From contig JBDLKA010000017.1 in the NCBI GenBank assembly GCA_039714075.1, positions 1 to 50,907 of the forward strand: a stretch of DNA of 50,907 bases. Direction: 5' to 3'. The notes under the pieces are model-generated. The model ran no database searches. It was not told the DNA's origin and worked only from the letters and a program-made list of their open reading frames with translations. This document shows, one piece after another, positions 46,492 through 50,907 of this stretch (position 1 is the stretch's first letter; each line of letters starts with the position of its first letter). The translations under genes and the position numbers were made by a program. This stretch comes from Candidatus Krumholzibacteriota bacterium. Its GTDB lineage: Bacteria > Krumholzibacteriota > Krumholzibacteriia > LZORAL124-64-63.

Positions 46492-47772
46492 CTAATGGTC
46501 CATGTCCCGCGCCCAGGCCGGCGGGTCTCCCAGCACCGGCATCCGGTTGACGATCCAGCGCAGGGCCCAGATCTCCATGCAGATGATGGTCGCGGTGACC
46601 CAGAATTCCGCCCAATGGGGAACGTAGGGATTTTCCGCGAACCAGTTGAAAGCGATGACCGAGATGTTGAGCCGGTTCAGGATGACGCCGACCAGGGTCA
46701 GGGCGGCGGCCACCTTGACCAACTTGACGTTCTCCACCCTGACGGCCCGGTAGAACAGGTTCAGGGGCACCAGCACGAAACCGACGGTTTCGACCAGGAA
46801 CCAGGCACCCCATCCGGTCAGCAGCAGGTCCCACTGCTGGCCGTGAATTACCACCAGCACCTTGAGGAAGAAATAGACGAACATGGCCCCGGCGCAGATC
46901 TTGCCCAGCCCGATCGTGATATCGTTGTGCCGGTGATGAAGATCCTTGCTCACCCGGGAAGCGAAAACCTTGTGGCTGATGGAACCTTCGACGATCACCA
47001 TCGAAAGGCCGGCGAAGACGCTGGACACCAGGAAAAGCACCGGGATGAATTCCGTGTACCACAGGGGGTGGATCTTGCTTTCGGCCATCAGGAACAGGGC
47101 ACCCAACCCCGACTGATGCAGGGTCGACAGGGTGATGCCGAAAATCACCGAGGCGATGGTCAGGCCGCCGAGAACCTTCCGCAGCCTTTTCATGCCCAGC
47201 CATTCGGCCACCGCGGGCGAGAACTCGATGAATTCCGCGGCCATGTAGAGCATGAAGTGCCAGGCCACCAGGAACAGTACCGAACTGACGCCGAAGTTGT
47301 TGCCGATGATGGGATTGATGATGTTCCAGGGCCTTCCGAGATCGAGCATCAGGGCGCCGGCGTAGAACAGGTAGGCCAGAAAACCGTTCAGGACCACCGA
47401 CCGGACAATGGCGTGATAACGCTGCCGGCCCAGGATGTAGACGATGAAGGTCATGACGTACGCCCCGCCCGCCAGGGCGACGCCCGTGACCACATCGAAC
47501 CCGATCCAGATGCCCCAGGGCGTTTCCTGGTCCAGGTTGGTGATCGAACCGATGCCGTAGATGAAACGGATCGCGATCAGGACCAGGCCCACCGACACGA
47601 TGATCAGTGAAATCACGTTGAAGGGCGTAACCACTTTCCCCTTGGGTTTCATTTCGCTCAGCAGGAAACGCAGAAAATCCCCGATGCTGCCGATCCGGGG
47701 CGAAGCGGGTTCCACCGGTTCGGTCTCCAGAGGAATGATCGGCGGAGGGCTGGATGCCTGGAATTCACTCAT
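46492..47772 (-). CDS. NrfD/PsrC-family membrane subunit, second copy
   Basis: PWGIWIGFDVVTGVALAGG, DLGRPWN, LSTLHQSGLG, LNRLN. Confidence 0.92.
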   Translation of the reverse strand: MSEFQASSPPPIIPLETEPVEPASPRIGSIGDFLRFLLSEMKPKGKVVTPFNVISLIIVSVGLVLIAIRFIYGIGSITNLDQETPWGIWIGFDVVTGVALAGGAYVMTFIVYILGRQRYHAIVRSVVLNGFLAYLFYAGALMLDLGRPWNIINPIIGNNFGVSSVLFLVAWHFMLYMAAEFIEFSPAVAEWLGMKRLRKVLGGLTIASVIFGITLSTLHQSGLGALFLMAESKIHPLWYTEFIPVLFLVSSVFAGLSMVIVEGSISHKVFASRVSKDLHHRHNDITIGLGKICAGAMFVYFFLKVLVVIHGQQWDLLLTGWGAWFLVETVGFVLVPLNLFYRAVRVENVKLVKVAAALTLVGVILNRLNISVIAFNWFAENPYVPHWAEFWVTATIICMEIWALRWIVNRMPVLGDPPAWARDMDH

Positions 47773-48656
47773 GATTCATCTCCAGGGTTGTAGATTTCCG
47801 CAATCTGCGCTTCCTCTTCCTCTTCGGTCTTGATGTAGCGCATGCCGTTCAGGAAGGCGGGCCACAACAGGAACACCACCGGGACCGCGTAGAGGAAATT
47901 CTGGGTCAGGGCGGGAACCGGTTCGTGGCTCAGGTCATCCCGGAACCCGATCTCATCGAAAGGCACCGAAGAAAGGTAGAGCCAGGCGGTGCCCCCCACT
48001 TCGTCCTCGCCGTAGATGTGGTCTTCGTACAGGTCGGGATAGGCGGCCACCCGGTTCTGGGCTATCCGCACCATTTCGCGCCGGGTCCCGAACTGGAGCG
48101 CGTCCACCGGGCACGACTCGACGCAGGCGGGGACGCCGCCGTCCTCGAGGCGCTCATGGCACAGGATGCACTTCTGGATCTTGGGATTCGCGCTGTGGTA
48201 TTCGAACTTGGGCACCACGAAGGGGCACGACACCATGCAGAAACGGCAGCCCATGCATTTGGAAGCCCGCCAGATGACCGGGCCGTCCTGCGTCTTGTAC
48301 ATGGCCTGCGTCAGGCAGGCCGTCGAACAGGCCGCCTGGTTGCAGTGCATGCACTGCTTCTTCACGAAGATCTCGCCGTCCTCGGTGTCGAAACGGTTGA
48401 CGACCGTCCACTGATCCGGCGTCATTTCCCGCAGGCTGTCGAAAACCGATTTGTCCTGGTTGTCCGGGACCGGCAGACCGTTTTCGGTGGCGCAGGCCAC
48501 CTCGCAGTTGCGGCAGCCGATGCAACGGGTCGTATCGACGAGGACCGACACGAACTCCTTTTTTTCGGAAGCAGCTTCGGCTTCGCCCGCCGCGGCCACT
48601 CCCACGGCCGAGGCTCCGGCGATGCACAGGTTTTTGAGGAAATCCCTACGTTCCAT
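47769..48656 (-). CDS. Tat-exported multi-[4Fe-4S] subunit, second copy
   Basis: Start MERRDFLK at 48656; CIGCRNCEVAC, CMHCNQAACSTAC, CMGCRFCMVSCP, KCILC. Confidence 0.92.
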   Translation of the reverse strand: MERRDFLKNLCIAGASAVGVAAAGEAEAASEKKEFVSVLVDTTRCIGCRNCEVACATENGLPVPDNQDKSVFDSLREMTPDQWTVVNRFDTEDGEIFVKKQCMHCNQAACSTACLTQAMYKTQDGPVIWRASKCMGCRFCMVSCPFVVPKFEYHSANPKIQKCILCHERLEDGGVPACVESCPVDALQFGTRREMVRIAQNRVAAYPDLYEDHIYGEDEVGGTAWLYLSSVPFDEIGFRDDLSHEPVPALTQNFLYAVPVVFLLWPAFLNGMRYIKTEEEEEAQIAEIYNPGDES

Positions 48657-48667
48657 GAGACGCCTCT

Positions 48668-49021
48668 CTAGTCGTCGACGATGATTTCGTCGGGGTTGAT
48701 TTCCATGGCGATTTCGCCTCGTTTCTTCATGCCGTCGATCAATACGGTCCGGATAAGGCAGCAGGCTTCGACGATCCGGTTGTCCGCGGGCTTGTAGAAG
48801 ACCTTGTGCCCCTCCTTGCGGGCCAGGACGATATGCTTGCCCTTCAGGGCGCCCAGGTGGCGGCTGACGGTCGACAGGGGCGCGCCGAGCACCTCTGCGA
48901 GTTCGCCCACGCTGAGTTCCTCCTTGTCCAGGCAGGCCATGATCGCCAGCCGCAGGGGATTGGCCAGCACCCGGCAATACGACGCGTGGATCTCAAAGAT
49001 TTCATGATTCCGGACTTTCAT
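48668..49021 (-). CDS. ArsR/SmtB-family transcriptional regulator
   Basis: LANPLRLAIM, ELSVGELA, STVSRHL, RKEGHKVFY; four Cys residues. Confidence 0.92.
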   Translation of the reverse strand: MKVRNHEIFEIHASYCRVLANPLRLAIMACLDKEELSVGELAEVLGAPLSTVSRHLGALKGKHIVLARKEGHKVFYKPADNRIVEACCLIRTVLIDGMKKRGEIAMEINPDEIIVDD

Positions 49022-49027
49022 AATCAC

Positions 49028-49057
49028 AAGATAGTGGGAACTTGAAATAAACGTCAA
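49028..49057 (-). promoter_or_regulatory. Sigma70-like promoter TTGACG-N18-TATCTT for the ArsR operon
   Basis: -35 at 49057-49052 and -10 at 49033-49028; the predicted start site falls at about the ATG (49021). Confidence 0.5.
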
Positions 49058-49086
49058 ATAAAAAACAGATTTGCGTAATTTATTAA

Positions 49087-49108
49087 CATATCATACAACT
49101 ATGATATG
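49087..49108. promoter_or_regulatory. Perfect 9-4-9 inverted repeat CATATCATA-caac-TATGATATG, candidate operator
   Basis: AT-rich palindrome upstream of the arsR promoter. Confidence 0.55.
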
Positions 49109-49173
49109 GATAAGGGAGGTCCATTACCTCCCCTATCGCCTTGATTTTAAATCATATAAAGGGGTAACCTGAA

Positions 49174-49782
49174 TCAGGGACCGTATTTGACGCTGCAACC
49201 GTAGGCCTGGGTTTCCGCCGTTTCGACGGCCTTACCTTCCCGCAGGGCTGCCAAAGCGGACGCCACAAAGTTCGTTTCCCCCAATTTCGCGGGGGACCGG
49301 TCGTCGTCGATGGCGCCATTGTAGACCACCAGGCCCTCGGCCGTGATGATGAACATGTGGGGTGTCGTCTTGGCCCCGTAGGCGCGGCCCACTTCTCCCG
49401 ATTCGTCGATCAGCACCGGGAAGGACATTTCGTAATCCTTGACGGCCTTCCGGTTTCTTTCCAGACCGTGGCCCTGCTTGCCTTTGGCGTTCGAGTTGAT
49501 TGCCAGCCACACCACGCCGCTTTCCTTCACCGCGGCAAAGGTCTCGTCCATGGTCTTGTGGTTCAGATGGTGCTTCTTGATGAAGGGGCAGTCGGGATTG
49601 AACCACTCGAGCACCACCGTCTTGCCGTCATCCAGGTAGACCTGCAGGGTGTGCTCGGTCCCCTCGGTATCGGTGAGGGTGAAGCCGGGGGCCTCGGCTC
49701 CCGGTTCCAGGCCGGCCAGGGAGGCGGTCGCGATCAGGAGAATCGTGCCCAGGAATATTGTAGCCAGCTTCGTGCGGATCAT
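49174..49782 (-). CDS. Secreted thioredoxin-like/AhpC-TSA redoxin
   Basis: Signal peptide, APGFTL, VVLEWFNPDCPF, YGAKTTPHMF, YGCSVKY. Confidence 0.9.
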   Translation of the reverse strand: MIRTKLATIFLGTILLIATASLAGLEPGAEAPGFTLTDTEGTEHTLQVYLDDGKTVVLEWFNPDCPFIKKHHLNHKTMDETFAAVKESGVVWLAINSNAKGKQGHGLERNRKAVKDYEMSFPVLIDESGEVGRAYGAKTTPHMFIITAEGLVVYNGAIDDDRSPAKLGETNFVASALAALREGKAVETAETQAYGCSVKYGP

Positions 49783-49783
49783 A

Positions 49784-50635
49784 TCAACCTCCGGATGGTT
49801 CGCCCGGGAAAACCGCCGCGGGAAAACCGATGGTGTAGGTGCGGGCATCCCCGCCTTCGACTTCGATGGTGACCAGCCCCCGCACCGGACCGACAGTATC
49901 GCCCCTGGGCTTGAAACGCAGGGCCAGCCGGTCTCCCCGGCCGTCATTCAACAGATCGACCAACGGGCCGCAGTCATCCGTCGGCATGAAGGTCAGGCGC
50001 CGGGCCCGCGGGTGGTGGATATGGAATGTCGCTCCCTCCCACGCAGTCTCCAGGGTCCTGTCGGGCAATGGTTTCGGCAGACGGGCGGCGGCTTCCGAGG
50101 CAAGGTTGGGTTCCTCCGTATCGGCATGATTTCCGACGGGAACCCGCACCGACAGGCTGGTCCGGCCCGGAACACACATGTCCCTGCAGGCCAACCACTG
50201 GATGTCGGCTTTGATATCGACCTTGCCGCCGACCTCCGCGTCGTCGGGCGCCCCGAGTTTCTGGATGAGGACCAGTTCCCCGAAATAGACATGGTCCAGG
50301 ATGTCCCCGGCCGATACGTGGCGTTCGGGGGCAGGCCACTGCAGACCGCCCGCCAGCCAACCCGGGGGAAGTTCCAGATCGATCCGGGGCGGAAACCCAG
50401 AATCGTTCCTGCCGGCCCAGTACAGGTGCCAGTCCTCGGCCAGGTCGAATCGCCAGACCAGGGTCACCGACTCGCCGGGGACTGCTGCCGCGGGCACGAC
50501 CTGAACGGTGACCAACACCGGATTGCTGTCGGTGGGCTGCTGCGTTTTTTCGGTTGAGCAACCCAAGCAAAAAACCGCAGTACCGAAAAAGAGGGCTGCC
50601 ATCGCGAGCAGTGGTTTGGAGAGGGTATTGGACAT
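49784..50635 (-). CDS. DsbD N-terminal-like (disulfide corrector) domain protein, probable lipoprotein
   Basis: Start MSNTLSK; LGC lipobox-like; WHLYW...DSG.PP, WPAPER, WLACRDMCVP. Confidence 0.82.
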   Translation of the reverse strand: MSNTLSKPLLAMAALFFGTAVFCLGCSTEKTQQPTDSNPVLVTVQVVPAAAVPGESVTLVWRFDLAEDWHLYWAGRNDSGFPPRIDLELPPGWLAGGLQWPAPERHVSAGDILDHVYFGELVLIQKLGAPDDAEVGGKVDIKADIQWLACRDMCVPGRTSLSVRVPVGNHADTEEPNLASEAAARLPKPLPDRTLETAWEGATFHIHHPRARRLTFMPTDDCGPLVDLLNDGRGDRLALRFKPRGDTVGPVRGLVTIEVEGGDARTYTIGFPAAVFPGEPSGG

Positions 50636-50869
50636 GGCAATCAGGATAGGGCGAGGTGGATGAAGCCGCCACACGAGGCTGTTGTACATGCTTGGTTTCC
50701 GGGTTCGCTGAACCTTCCGGGAGACCCATTTCGGCAATTTTTCCGGCTGAAGGTTGAAATCCATAACCAATTGAAAATATTGGTGATTATATGGTTTTTT
50801 TCTTGTAGTTTTCGTCATTTGTTCGTATATTGATTACACCTCCCATGCACCCAACCCTGGAGGTATATC

Positions 50870-50907
50870 ATGTCCGCTGTTTCCTATGTTTCCGGTCAAC
50901 CCGCCGC
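50870..50907 (+). CDS. Start of a gene truncated by the window end
   Basis: GGAGGT RBS then ATG TCC GCT GTT..., open to the end. Confidence 0.5.
   Translation, partial: MSAVSYVSGQPA

Noticed and set aside
47769..48977. 402-aa ORF extending the Fe-S subunit over arsR
   Set aside because: The Tat motif places the start at 48656; the extension is an off-frame read of arsR

Overview
GC-rich bacterial chromosomal window with about 45 genes and no rRNA, tRNA, CRISPR array or recognisable transposase. Lipoproteins, an outer-membrane barrel and a TonB receptor indicate a diderm. Multiheme cytochromes, ECF/Ser-Thr kinase modules and C-terminal WGxxKxLYR tails suggest a Krumholzibacteriota/Latescibacterota-like anaerobe, but that placement is inference only. 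Main contents, left to right: two eukaryote-like Ser/Thr kinases (one paired with an ECF sigma factor), sat, an octaheme lipoprotein cytochrome, an ANKH/MATE-like transporter, an OprC-like TonB receptor, arfB, an HNH protein and an ECF/anti-sigma pair. These are followed by a radical SAM/SPASM maturase with a CxCxC precursor peptide, a prkA-yeaH-spoVR-prkA operon, galE, maeB and mscS. The right end holds two convergent Hmc-like operons (Fe-S subunit, NrfD-family subunit, 13-heme cytochrome), each headed by a Cys-rich regulator. The best candidates for undescribed biology are: (1) two long hairpins whose arms are unrelated and mirror the end of the host gene, but which share a structurally conserved GAA-triloop core; (2) the rSAM/CxCxC RiPP pair; (3) a shared C-terminal WGxxKxLYR tail on two unrelated secreted proteins. 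Family assignments come from motif recognition, not database searches.
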